Shown piece after piece: positions 15,692 through 23,413 of a stretch of 32,000 bases of DNA. The DNA is from Mycobacterium phage Fastidio. The DNA lies in the sequence record PQ244011.1. One strand, 5' to 3'. Made by a program: the position numbers and the translations under genes. The notes beneath the pieces were generated by a model that was given only the letters and a program-made list of their open reading frames with translations, did no database searches and had not been told where the DNA came from. Positions within the stretch are counted from its first letter, which is position 1; every line of letters starts with the position of its first letter.

Positions 15692-15843
15692 TGTGCGTAT
15701 GTGGGCACAACCGGTCCTGGCACCGCTACTCGTGGGACAGGTTCCGCGCCCGTTGGGACACCGGTTGCGACGCCGCCACGTTCGACCAGGGCGGCCGGGA
15801 ACGCTGCCACTGCTCCGAATACCGAGACAAGGACGAAAACTGA
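15691..15843 (+). CDS. small Cys/His-rich protein
   Basis: MCVCGHNRSWHRYSWDRFRARWDTGCDAATFDQGGRERCHCSEYRDKDEN. Confidence 0.5.
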   Translation: MCVCGHNRSWHRYSWDRFRARWDTGCDAATFDQGGRERCHCSEYRDKDEN

Positions 15844-16073
15844 TGGTTGTTGATACACGGGTGATTACCGCGAGGGACGACGCGAAAGCCGGTGCGGCTG
15901 CGCTTGATGACGCGCGGTGCGCTTTGCATGAGTTGTTGTCTGAGGGTCCACCTTTGCAGTTCCTGGACCGCGAAGCGCTGGAGTTGAACCTGGATGTGGT
16001 GAACAAAGCGTTGTCGCGTGTGGATGCGGTGATCGGATCGTTGGACAGGATCGCAGACAGGTGGACAGCATGA
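15843..16073 (+). CDS. hypothetical protein
   Basis: 76 aa from ATG 15843, overlaps adjacent genes by start-stop junctions. Confidence 0.6.
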   Translation: MVVDTRVITARDDAKAGAAALDDARCALHELLSEGPPLQFLDREALELNLDVVNKALSRVDAVIGSLDRIADRWTA

Positions 16074-16318
16074 TGTGCGAAGAAGCCCACGACCTCACGT
16101 GGGAATGGTTCACCAGTTTTGTTGGCCCCGGTAGGTGGCGGGCAGAACTCCCCGGTGATCGGCGCAACGCGTGGATCAACCCGTCCGATGTGGCGGGTGA
16201 TTTCCGTTGGTCTGTTGAGGACAACACGTGTGCGCGGGTTTTGGCGTGGGGGTATGAGGAAACGTTGGACGCCGCGATGGCCGCTGCCGCTGCTGCTGCT
16301 GCGGAGGTGACCGAATGA
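16070..16318 (+). CDS. hypothetical protein
   Basis: 82 aa, 4-nt overlaps both sides. Confidence 0.6.
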   Translation: MMCEEAHDLTWEWFTSFVGPGRWRAELPGDRRNAWINPSDVAGDFRWSVEDNTCARVLAWGYEETLDAAMAAAAAAAAEVTE

Positions 16319-17196
16319 GCCTGTCCTTCAAACCCGCAACCCGAGAAGCATCGTATGCCCGTATCGCTCTGTCCGGGCCTAGCGGCAGCGGCAAAACCTA
16401 CACTGCCCTCGCGCTCGGCACTGCTCTTGCGGACAAGGTTGCGGTCATCGACACCGAACGCGGATCTGCCTCAAAGTATGTGGGGCTCAACGGCTGGCAG
16501 TTCGACACCGTACAGCCAGATAGCTTCTCACCCATGTCCCTCGTGGAACTGCTCGGTTTGGCGGCTGGCGGGGAGTACGGCTGCGTCATTGTCGACTCCT
16601 TGTCCCACTACTGGATGGGTGTCGACGGCATGCTTGAGCAAGCTGACCGGCACGCCGTACGGGGCAACACGTTCGCCGGGTGGAAAGAAGTCCGACCCGA
16701 CGAACGACGCATGATCGACGCCTTGGTGTCCTATCCCGGCCACGTCATCGTCACCATGCGATCAAAAACCGAGTACGTCATCGAAGAGAACGAGCGCGGC
16801 AAGAAAACCCCTCGCAAGGTGGGCATGAAGCCGGAACAGCGCGACGGAATCGAGTATGAGTTCGACGTTGTCGGCGACCTGGATCACGACAACACGCTCA
16901 CGGTGGTGAAGTCCCGAATCCACACCCTGTCCAAGGCTGTTGTGCCGATGCCGGGGGAGGAGTTCGCCCACCAGATTCGAGATTGGTTGTCGGATGGGGC
17001 ACGCGTCCCCACGGTGGCGGAGTACCGCAAGCAAGCCCTCGCGGCGTCTACGCGTGAGGAACTGAAAGCCCTCTACGACGAAGTATCCGGCCACAAACTG
17101 ACGGTAGCCCCGACGATCGATCGGGACGGCAACTCCACATTGCTGGGGGACATGATCACCGACCTGGCCCGCGAAATGAAACGAGCTGAAGCATGA
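16315..17196 (+). CDS. AAA/RecA-like NTPase (Sak4-type recombination ATPase candidate)
   Basis: Walker A LSGPSGSGKTYTALAL, VIDTERGSASKY, Walker B CVIVDSLSH. Confidence 0.85.
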   Translation: MSLSFKPATREASYARIALSGPSGSGKTYTALALGTALADKVAVIDTERGSASKYVGLNGWQFDTVQPDSFSPMSLVELLGLAAGGEYGCVIVDSLSHYWMGVDGMLEQADRHAVRGNTFAGWKEVRPDERRMIDALVSYPGHVIVTMRSKTEYVIEENERGKKTPRKVGMKPEQRDGIEYEFDVVGDLDHDNTLTVVKSRIHTLSKAVVPMPGEEFAHQIRDWLSDGARVPTVAEYRKQALAASTREELKALYDEVSGHKLTVAPTIDRDGNSTLLGDMITDLAREMKRAEA

Positions 17197-17378
17197 GCGC
17201 CATCCAGAAGGATACCCGACTGTCGTGCAAGGGATTCCCGAATTATCAGGTCACGGTTCGCCGAGTCGCCAAAGACGGCACTTGGTGCGACCTGTTCGTC
17301 TATGACCTGAAAACCCGCACGTCGTGGACGAAGCGCATGGCCCTTCCGCTTGATGATGTGTGGACGGTCATCGAGTGA
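17193..17378 (+). CDS. hypothetical protein
   Basis: 61 aa, overlapping junctions. Confidence 0.55.
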   Translation: MSAIQKDTRLSCKGFPNYQVTVRRVAKDGTWCDLFVYDLKTRTSWTKRMALPLDDVWTVIE

Positions 17379-17731
17379 GCCGCAGGTATACGGGGTTCTC
17401 CCCGGAAACCAAGGAACTGATCTGGACCCGCGCCCAAGGGCGGTGTGAACGCTGCAACGAGTACGCCTCAGACGCCACTGCACACCATCGCAGGCCCCGT
17501 GGTCTTGGCGGATCTCGCCGCGATGACACCAACGTGGCGTCCAACGGGCTGTGGGCTTGCGGTGCCTGTCATCGTTGGGCGGAGTCCTATCGGACACAAG
17601 CTTTCGCTGACGGGTGGCTTGTTCGTCAATCCCAGTCCCCTATCACTGTTCCCGTCCTCTACAGGGGCAACTGGGTGTTGCTCGACGACGACGGGTTTGT
17701 TTACCGAATCCCCACGGAGGCAGCTCAATGA
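17375..17731 (+). CDS. HNH endonuclease
   Basis: GTG 17375; RCERCNEYASDATAHHRRPRGLGGSRRDDTNVASNGLWACGACHRWAE. Confidence 0.85.
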   Translation: MSRRYTGFSPETKELIWTRAQGRCERCNEYASDATAHHRRPRGLGGSRRDDTNVASNGLWACGACHRWAESYRTQAFADGWLVRQSQSPITVPVLYRGNWVLLDDDGFVYRIPTEAAQ

Positions 17732-18384
17732 CCCCGTACTACCAGGACGATCAGGTGACGCTCTACCACGGCGACTGCCTCGAAATCACCGAATGGCTTG
17801 CCGCCGACGTGCTCGTCACCGACCCGCCATACGGCATGTCCTACCAATCCGGTCAACGCGCCGAAAAGTTTCAAGCCATCGCAGGCGACAAGGATGTGCA
17901 GTGCCGTGACCGTGCACTGGCCGTCTGGGGAACCGAAAGGCCTGCCGCAGTATTCGGAACGTGGCGTGTTGCCAAACCGGCGAACGTGCGGCAGTGCTTG
18001 ATCTGGGACAAACGCGGCGCAGGCCCCGGGATGGGCGACCTAACAACGGCATTCGGCACCAGCCACGAAGAAATCTATCTGATCGGGCACTGGGCGAAAC
18101 GCTCCACCCGCCGGGGCAGTGTCATCACCACCGAGTCGTCGCCGAGCGTGCTGACATCCCGGATCGGCCACCCCACTCCGAAACCGATCGGGCTGATGGA
18201 GACGATCATCGCGGCTGCACCCGAGGGTGTGGTTGCGGATCCGTTCGCCGGTTCCGGCTCCACGTTGGTCGCGGCACGCAACCTGGGCCGCAGGGCGATC
18301 GGCGTCGAACTAGAGGAACGCTATTGCGAAATCGCCGCGAAGCGTCTCGACCAGATGTGCCTCGACTTCGGCGGTGCGTCATGA
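17728..18384 (+). CDS. DNA methyltransferase (N6-A or N4-C amino-methyltransferase, DPPY class)
   Basis: VLVTDPPYGMSY and VVADPFAGSGSTLVAARNLGRRAIGVELEERYCEIAAKRL. Confidence 0.9.
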   Translation: MTPYYQDDQVTLYHGDCLEITEWLAADVLVTDPPYGMSYQSGQRAEKFQAIAGDKDVQCRDRALAVWGTERPAAVFGTWRVAKPANVRQCLIWDKRGAGPGMGDLTTAFGTSHEEIYLIGHWAKRSTRRGSVITTESSPSVLTSRIGHPTPKPIGLMETIIAAAPEGVVADPFAGSGSTLVAARNLGRRAIGVELEERYCEIAAKRLDQMCLDFGGAS

Positions 18385-18515
18385 GTGACCCGCGGATCCG
18401 CTTGCTGTTCAGCCGCCGCGAGCTGATCGCGATGCAACGCTGCCCCGACTGCGGCTGGCACCCGAAAACGCAAGGGCATCATCCCGACTGCCCGAACCGC
18501 GAAACGGAGGAGTGA
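18381..18515 (+). CDS. small zinc-ribbon-like protein
   Basis: 44 aa, CPDCGWHPKTQGHHPDCPNRETEE. Confidence 0.5.
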   Translation: MSDPRIRLLFSRRELIAMQRCPDCGWHPKTQGHHPDCPNRETEE

Positions 18516-18518
18516 CCG

Positions 18519-19370
18519 GTGCCTTGGTTCTACGTGGATGACGCGTTCGCTGACAGTAAGCCGGTGATGCAACTCGACTCCAGGATCCGCAACGAGGCCG
18601 TCGGGTTGTGGGTTCGTTGCGGTGCCTGGTCGGCGAAAGAAGAGACGGACGGTCATGTGCCCCTTGATGTTGTGAAGGGGTTCGGCGGCACGCCGAGACT
18701 CATTCGCGCGCTGCAAGAACAAGCAGGACTTTGGCAGAAACAGGGTTGCGACAACACGCAATACAAGGATGAGACAACGGTTGATACAACGAGACAATCT
18801 CAACCAAAATCTCGCGAAATCGTGTTTGCCAACTGGGAGAAATGGCAGAAAACCAAGGCTGAAAATGAGGCGCGGCGAAGGCGTGAGGCAAAGAAGAAAT
18901 CCACCTGGAGAGCTGGGAAAAAGGGCCGCGACTATGTGGCTCAGGATGGGCAGGTGTCCACCGGGGACATGGTGGTGGACACGGATTTACTGTCCACCGG
19001 GGACAGCATGGGGGAGTCCCGCTACCCCGACCCGACCCGACCCGACCCGACCCTTATTCCTTTGGTTACTTCTAGTAGGGGGGTTACGTCAGTAGACGCG
19101 AACGTTGATTCCCCCCGCCCCGAATGCCCTGACCATGAAACGAACTCAGAGACCACCAACTGCATCCCGTGCATGAAGCGTCGCAAGTGGGACAAGGAGC
19201 ACCCGGATTACTTCAAGCGGCTGGAGGCTGAGCAACGCCGCCGGCAGGCCGAGGCTAGGCAGGCCGCCATTGATGCCTGCTCGTTGTGTGATGAGTTCGG
19301 GGATATCGAGATCGATGATGCGGTCAAGAAGTGTGATCACCCGAATGTCCGAAAGGCGGGGTCACTGTGA
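18519..19370 (+). CDS. phage replication organiser-like protein
   Basis: PWFYVDDAFADSKPVMQL...AVGLWVRCGAWSAKEETDGHVPLDVV, charged linker, CxxC C-terminus; GTG start. Confidence 0.6.
   Translation: MPWFYVDDAFADSKPVMQLDSRIRNEAVGLWVRCGAWSAKEETDGHVPLDVVKGFGGTPRLIRALQEQAGLWQKQGCDNTQYKDETTVDTTRQSQPKSREIVFANWEKWQKTKAENEARRRREAKKKSTWRAGKKGRDYVAQDGQVSTGDMVVDTDLLSTGDSMGESRYPDPTRPDPTLIPLVTSSRGVTSVDANVDSPRPECPDHETNSETTNCIPCMKRRKWDKEHPDYFKRLEAEQRRRQAEARQAAIDACSLCDEFGDIEIDDAVKKCDHPNVRKAGSL
19026..19050 (+). repeat. 5-bp tandem repeat (CCCGA)x5 inside the replication-organiser-like gene
   Basis: CCCGACCCGACCCGACCCGACCCGA encoding PDPTRPDPT, followed by AT-richer TTATTCCTTTGGTTACTTCTAG. Confidence 0.85.
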
Positions 19371-19630
19371 GGGATTGGCGGGGGGCGACGGTTCATCAGG
19401 AGGCGTTGCGGGTGTCGTGTCGTGATTGCCGGGCTGGGGTGGGTGAGCCGTGTGTGGTGCGGGATGAGAAGGGGCGTGTGGTGAAGGTGTTGGAGGCGTT
19501 TCCGGCTCATGCTCACAGGATCGCTGACAGTCGTTCTGCCGCGTCTGGGTCCGGTGACACCACGGAGGCCCTGAAAGTCGCTCCACGTGGCGCACAGCCC
19601 CAGGAATCGACACCAGGAGATGACGCATGA
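19367..19630 (+). CDS. small zinc-finger-like protein
   Basis: VSCRDCRAGVGEPCVVRDEKGRVVKVLEAFPAHAHR; GTG start overlap. Confidence 0.6.
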   Translation: MRDWRGATVHQEALRVSCRDCRAGVGEPCVVRDEKGRVVKVLEAFPAHAHRIADSRSAASGSGDTTEALKVAPRGAQPQESTPGDDA

Positions 19631-19857
19631 CCGGCAAGTGGGTCGTCCGTATGGCCCGGAAGCGTGACGGCAGCCTCTACACGTACCGCGTCTGGAATGT
19701 GTTCAACCCGGAGGGCTCCCGTGCCGCGCGACATCACCACGCAGGGTCTCGCGCGCTGGCTCGGGGCGCACGACCGAATAACCGGTATTGCTTATTGGGA
19801 CATTTCCGGTATCGTCTATCCCAACGCAAGCAACCGACGAGAGGAGTTCCCCAATGA
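19627..19857 (+). CDS. hypothetical protein, C-terminus possibly scrambled at a mosaic junction
   Basis: MTGKWVVRMARKRDGSLYTYRVWNVFNPEG then low-quality Arg/His-rich tail. Confidence 0.4.
   Translation: MTGKWVVRMARKRDGSLYTYRVWNVFNPEGSRAARHHHAGSRALARGARPNNRYCLLGHFRYRLSQRKQPTRGVPQ
19787..19814 (+). promoter_or_regulatory. candidate internal promoter
   Basis: TTGCTT, 16-nt spacer, TATCGT; about 40 nt before ATG 19854 with GAGGAG RBS. Confidence 0.35.
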
Positions 19858-20354
19858 GCGAGATCTTCGACCCTACCGCGCGCACCGCCGACGAATGGCG
19901 CGCGCTCGCCGAGAAGGACGCCGCCGCCAGCGCTGAAAGCTGGGCGAGCAGCGACACCGACGGCTTCATGACGCAGCGCGTGCACAACGCCTACGCCCGC
20001 ATGTACGAGCACCTCGCCAAGCTCGCCGAGGCGGGCAACACCGCCGAGCTGCCCTGGCTGTTCGAGAAGGTCGGCGACGACTGGCAGCCGGTCGCCGAAT
20101 GGCGCTGGGTGAACGGCGACTTCGGCGCGAGCGTCCGCATCGCCCGCAGCGGCGGCAAGGGAACGTTCTTCAACCCCAGCCAGGCCGAGAAGCCCTCGCT
20201 GCGCCAGAAGCGCGACGAGGCCAAGGGATTCCGCTGGGGCATCGTCAAGTGCGAGGTCGTCAGCCAGTTCGGCGCAAACCTCATGATCCGCAACACCCGC
20301 AAGGACGGCGCCGAGATCGCGGTCGTCACCAGCGCCGACTACGCGAACAACTGA
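19854..20354 (+). CDS. hypothetical protein
   Basis: 166 aa from ATG 19854, MSEIFDPTARTADEWRALAEKDAAASAESWASS...; GAGGAG RBS. Confidence 0.65.
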   Translation: MSEIFDPTARTADEWRALAEKDAAASAESWASSDTDGFMTQRVHNAYARMYEHLAKLAEAGNTAELPWLFEKVGDDWQPVAEWRWVNGDFGASVRIARSGGKGTFFNPSQAEKPSLRQKRDEAKGFRWGIVKCEVVSQFGANLMIRNTRKDGAEIAVVTSADYANN

Positions 20355-20429
20355 CCGAAACCGGGGGCGCGACCGGACAACGCGCACCAACCACCACCAC
20401 CCAACAACCACCCAAGAGAGGAACCCCCG

Positions 20430-20642
20430 ATGAGCACCACGACCTACGCCCCCGACCTGCACGTCGCGCACAACGGCGTCGTGCACGCCGTCGAACCGGG
20501 CACCCTGAGCACCCGGTGCCCCGCGACCCTGCCCGCAGCCGCGCAGATCACCGACGCGGCGATCGACTGCCCGACGTGCATCCGCAACGGATGGCACTGG
20601 GCCGGAAAGCCGCTCGTCGGCGGTCCGGGGTTCCTGAGCTGA
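20430..20642 (+). CDS. small Cys-containing hypothetical protein
   Basis: 70 aa with AAIDCPTCIRNGWHWAGKPLVGG, GAGAGGAA RBS. Confidence 0.6.
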   Translation: MSTTTYAPDLHVAHNGVVHAVEPGTLSTRCPATLPAAAQITDAAIDCPTCIRNGWHWAGKPLVGGPGFLS

Positions 20643-20648
20643 CCACCA

Positions 20649-20676
20649 CGGGCGGGCCGGTTCGCCGGTCCGCCCG
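20649..20676. repeat. UUCG-tetraloop hairpin between genes
   Basis: CGGGCGGGCCGG-TTCG-CCGGTCCGCCCG, 12 bp including one G-U. Confidence 0.65.
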
Positions 20677-20705
20677 CCCCCGACCACACCAACCGAGAGG
20701 ATCCG

Positions 20706-21032
20706 ATGAGCACCTACCCGAGCGCCAACGTCGTCTCCCGCGCGCTGCGCCGCGACGCGGGCATCATCACCACGCGCTGGGACCGCCAGGGATACCACGT
20801 CAGCGGCGACGGCACCTATCCCGCCTCGATCAGCGTCGACCTCACCGACCTGCCGATCGAGAACCCGAACGTCAACGTGCGCGGCGCCCGCGACCTGCAC
20901 GAGCACCTCACCGAGGCGGGCTGGCAGCTCGCACCGATCGCACCCAATCACCCGACTGCCGTAGCAGTGCTGCGCGTGCCCACGAACGCCGAACGCCGCC
21001 AGGCCGCGACCGCGAGGCAGGTTGCGCGATGA
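20706..21032 (+). CDS. hypothetical protein
   Basis: 108 aa, GAGAGGATCCG upstream. Confidence 0.6.
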   Translation: MSTYPSANVVSRALRRDAGIITTRWDRQGYHVSGDGTYPASISVDLTDLPIENPNVNVRGARDLHEHLTEAGWQLAPIAPNHPTAVAVLRVPTNAERRQAATARQVAR

Positions 21033-21202
21033 GCGCGCCGACGCGGCACCGGTGTGACACCTGCGGGCGCGAAGGCGCTCGTGGGTTCACGCACACCGTG
21101 CGCGGTGTGTACGTCTGCACCAACACCAACGCCTGCCAGCGTCGGCAGAACATGCCGATTTGGCGCGTTCGCGAACTCAACGCGAGGAAATCCGCCCGAT
21201 GA
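21029..21202 (+). CDS. small zinc-finger-like protein
   Basis: MSAPTRHRCDTCGREGARGFTHTVRGVYVCTNTNACQRR. Confidence 0.55.
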   Translation: MSAPTRHRCDTCGREGARGFTHTVRGVYVCTNTNACQRRQNMPIWRVRELNARKSAR

Positions 21203-21390
21203 AACCGAAAATCTGCGGGCACATCTACTGCCCCGACTCGTGCGAGGTCGTCGACCCTGCCGACTGGGCCGACGAACCGCCGCGCAGCAGCGAGCTCGTC
21301 GTGACGACACCGACCGGCGCCAAGCTCCGGTTACAGCCGATGGGGTTCGACGACGACGGAAACCAACTGTGGCGCCAACTCAAGGCGTAG
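21199..21390 (+). CDS. hypothetical protein
   Basis: 63 aa MKPKICGHIYCPDSCEVVDPADWADEPPRSSELVVTTPTG... Confidence 0.55.
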   Translation: MKPKICGHIYCPDSCEVVDPADWADEPPRSSELVVTTPTGAKLRLQPMGFDDDGNQLWRQLKA

Positions 21391-21398
21391 GAGACCTG

Positions 21399-21572
21399 AT
21401 GAACAACAACACGAAACGTGCTGGACGCCCCGAGGTCGGGCGCCCCATAAACGTCCGACTGGGCGACGACCTGCTCGCCGAGGTGGACGAATACGCCGCC
21501 GCCAAGGGCATCGCCCGCGCCGAGGCAATCCGGCACCTACTGCGCCGAGGGCTGAAACGGGGCAAGCGATGA
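21399..21572 (+). CDS. ribbon-helix-helix DNA-binding protein
   Basis: RPINVRLGDDLLAEVDEYAAAKGIARAEAIRHLLRRGLKRG. Confidence 0.7.
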   Translation: MNNNTKRAGRPEVGRPINVRLGDDLLAEVDEYAAAKGIARAEAIRHLLRRGLKRGKR

Positions 21573-21748
21573 ACGCGGATGATCCTCGTGTCCAGGCCGC
21601 CCAAGCTGCGCGGTCGTGTGACATCTGCAAAGCACCCAAAGGCAAACCCTGCAGCAACACGATTTCGCCGGGGAAGCCGCTGCCCGGTCGGGTCATCCAC
21701 TTCGGGCGGCTCACAGACAGAAACCGAGAACCGAAAGGCGACGAATGA
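21569..21748 (+). CDS. small zinc-binding-like protein
   Basis: 59 aa MNADDPRVQAAQAARSCDICKAPKGKPCSNTISPGKPLPGRVIHFGRLTDRNREPKGDE, junction overlaps; below ORF-track cutoff. Confidence 0.6.
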   Translation: MNADDPRVQAAQAARSCDICKAPKGKPCSNTISPGKPLPGRVIHFGRLTDRNREPKGDE

Positions 21749-21750
21749 GC
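21733..21750 (+). repeat. gene-boundary repeat copy 1
   Basis: GAAAGGCGACGAATGAGC, identical 18-mer at 22086-22103. Confidence 0.85.
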
Positions 21751-22101
21751 AAGTTCAAAGTCGGCGACACCGTGATCGTCGAAGCCTCGTACAACGAATC
21801 CCGCTGGGGCGGAAGAAAGTCCTGGGAGGACAAGGTTGCTCGCGTCGGCCGCAAGTACCTATACCTGCACGGTGACGGCCGGAAAGCTTTCGATGTCGAG
21901 ACCGGGGTTCAGAAAACCGAATACTCGGGAAGCGCGCGCACGGTTTGGACACCGGAGGATTGGCGCGCGTCTCAGCATCGGAAAGCGGTGGCGGAGGCGA
22001 TCCGTGACCATGGTCTGAGGCCGGATGGGTTCGGGGATTTCAAGCAGTCCACACCCGTTCTCGAGCGGGTTCTAGACGTCCTGGAGAAAGGCGACGAATG
22101 A
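21745..22101 (+). CDS. hypothetical protein with small beta-barrel-like N-terminus
   Basis: 118 aa MSKFKVGDTVIVEASYNESRWGGRKSWEDKVARVGRKYLYL... Confidence 0.65.
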   Translation: MSKFKVGDTVIVEASYNESRWGGRKSWEDKVARVGRKYLYLHGDGRKAFDVETGVQKTEYSGSARTVWTPEDWRASQHRKAVAEAIRDHGLRPDGFGDFKQSTPVLERVLDVLEKGDE

Positions 22102-22103
22102 GC
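22086..22103 (+). repeat. gene-boundary repeat copy 2
   Basis: GAAAGGCGACGAATGAGC identical to 21733-21750. Confidence 0.85.
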
Positions 22104-22427
22104 GACCGAATTCTCGACACCATCGCCGCACCGATCCGCGAATGCTGGGGTCCAGATTCCCCGTACGAGCATGTGGCAATGCGCATCATCGCCGCCCTGA
22201 AGGCTAACCGTATAGCCCTAGTAGAACTACCCGAACCCACCGAGGCTGTGACGATGCAGGACTGCGCGGGATCGGGGAAACCGTTCAAGCCCGGCACTCT
22301 AAGCCGCGACGGCGAGGTCGCCAAATGCCCTGCGTGCGGGACCAACCGCTACGTCCGTGACGACGGCAGTATCGAGCCCCATCAGGTGCCCGTTGCTGCG
22401 GTTGTAGCTGAGGGGGAAGACAAGTGA
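22098..22427 (+). CDS. hypothetical protein with zinc-ribbon
   Basis: 109 aa, MQDCAGSGKPFKPGTLSRDGEVAKCPACGTNRYVRDDGSIEPHQVP. Confidence 0.65.
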   Translation: MSDRILDTIAAPIRECWGPDSPYEHVAMRIIAALKANRIALVELPEPTEAVTMQDCAGSGKPFKPGTLSRDGEVAKCPACGTNRYVRDDGSIEPHQVPVAAVVAEGEDK

Positions 22428-22585
22428 GCGGCGACATCAACGCCGAAGGCTTCATCCGCTACGGCGGTGACTGCACTTGCGGCGCGATCTACACCTATGG
22501 CGGACACGCGGAACCTGGCTCATTTGATCCGTTCTGCCCCGACCACGGAGAGGCTGCGGTTGTGGCCGCAGGGGAGGAAGCATGA
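22424..22585 (+). CDS. small hypothetical protein
   Basis: 53 aa MSGDINAEGFIRYGGDCTCGAIYTYGGHAEPGSFDPFCPDHGEAAVVAAGEEA, overlaps. Confidence 0.5.
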   Translation: MSGDINAEGFIRYGGDCTCGAIYTYGGHAEPGSFDPFCPDHGEAAVVAAGEEA

Positions 22586-22860
22586 GCGATGTTGTTGAGC
22601 GCGCCAAAGCCACGCTGGAAGGCGTGACCGAAGGGCCGTGGACGTTCCAGCACTGGGGCGGACAGAACCAGAACGGCGACTACGCAGAGTCGATCCTCTT
22701 CGACGGCGCTGGCGAGTCCATGACCTACGGACTGCCCGACCGTGACGGCGAGTTCATCGCCCAGGCGCGCACTCTCGTTCCTGAGTTGGTCGCTGAGGTT
22801 GAAGAGTTGCGTTTGGTGGTGGCCGCTGCCGCTGTCGCGTTGCGAGGAGAGACCCGATGA
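22582..22860 (+). CDS. hypothetical protein
   Basis: 92 aa, VVERAKATLEGVTEGPWTFQHWGG...FIAQARTLVPELVAEVEELRL. Confidence 0.7.
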   Translation: MSDVVERAKATLEGVTEGPWTFQHWGGQNQNGDYAESILFDGAGESMTYGLPDRDGEFIAQARTLVPELVAEVEELRLVVAAAAVALRGETR

Positions 22861-23024
22861 CCTTGAGCGATGCAATAGACCTGATCAACGCCGAGCGCGT
22901 GGCGTGGCTCCGATTCTGCGAATCGGCCGCGGCCCGCGGCGACAAAGAGGACTGCCTAGTCTGCGGGGGCCGGGCCAGCGGACTGGCAGACGCACTGGTA
23001 ATCCTGGCGAAAGTGGGTTCCTGA
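22857..23024 (+). CDS. small hypothetical protein
   Basis: 55 aa MTLSDAIDLINAERVAWLRFCESAAARGDKEDCLVCGGRASGLADALVILAKVGS. Confidence 0.5.
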   Translation: MTLSDAIDLINAERVAWLRFCESAAARGDKEDCLVCGGRASGLADALVILAKVGS

Positions 23025-23076
23025 TGAACGAGACAGAACTCAAAGCGTGCGCCGATTGCGCTGGAGTGGAGGAAGC

Positions 23077-23292
23077 ATGAGCGACGCAGACACTGCACGG
23101 AAGAACGGCTGGACCGTCGGAACCCGACTCGCCGGCGACGAAGGCCGCGGCGAAACGATCATCGAGATCACCGCGATCGGTGAGCAACACGTGCTCGCGA
23201 AAGCCATCTCCTACGCAGGCCGACCGGCGCCGTACCGGGAGTCACTGTGGACTTTCAGGTTCCGGGATTGGCGGGAGGTGCCTGGTGCCTGA
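23077..23292 (+). CDS. hypothetical protein
   Basis: 71 aa, beta-rich, junction overlap with an 18-aa micro-ORF (23024-23080). Confidence 0.6.
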   Translation: MSDADTARKNGWTVGTRLAGDEGRGETIIEITAIGEQHVLAKAISYAGRPAPYRESLWTFRFRDWREVPGA

Positions 23293-23413
23293 TCTGAACT
23301 CTGTTGCTTATCAGGGGTTGATTCGATGATCGTCGCCGTTTCTCCAGGTAGGCAGCCGATCTGACAGCGCACACATGTTTCCGATTACCGACACTCGTAG
23401 GGAGATGACGACT

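Noticed and set aside
15317-16090. 257-aa minus-strand ORF
   Set aside because: Antisense to four tightly coupled plus-strand genes; composition is typical of a GC-rich shadow frame.
19734-20951. 405-aa minus-strand ORF
   Set aside because: Antisense shadow of at least three plus-strand genes with RBSs in GC-rich DNA; the protein is low-complexity (VVVGWWWLVRVVRSRPRF...) with no domain signature.
20099-21202. 367-aa plus-strand ORF
   Set aside because: First ~310 residues are an Arg/Pro-rich off-frame shadow; only the last 57 residues (21029-21202) look like a real gene.
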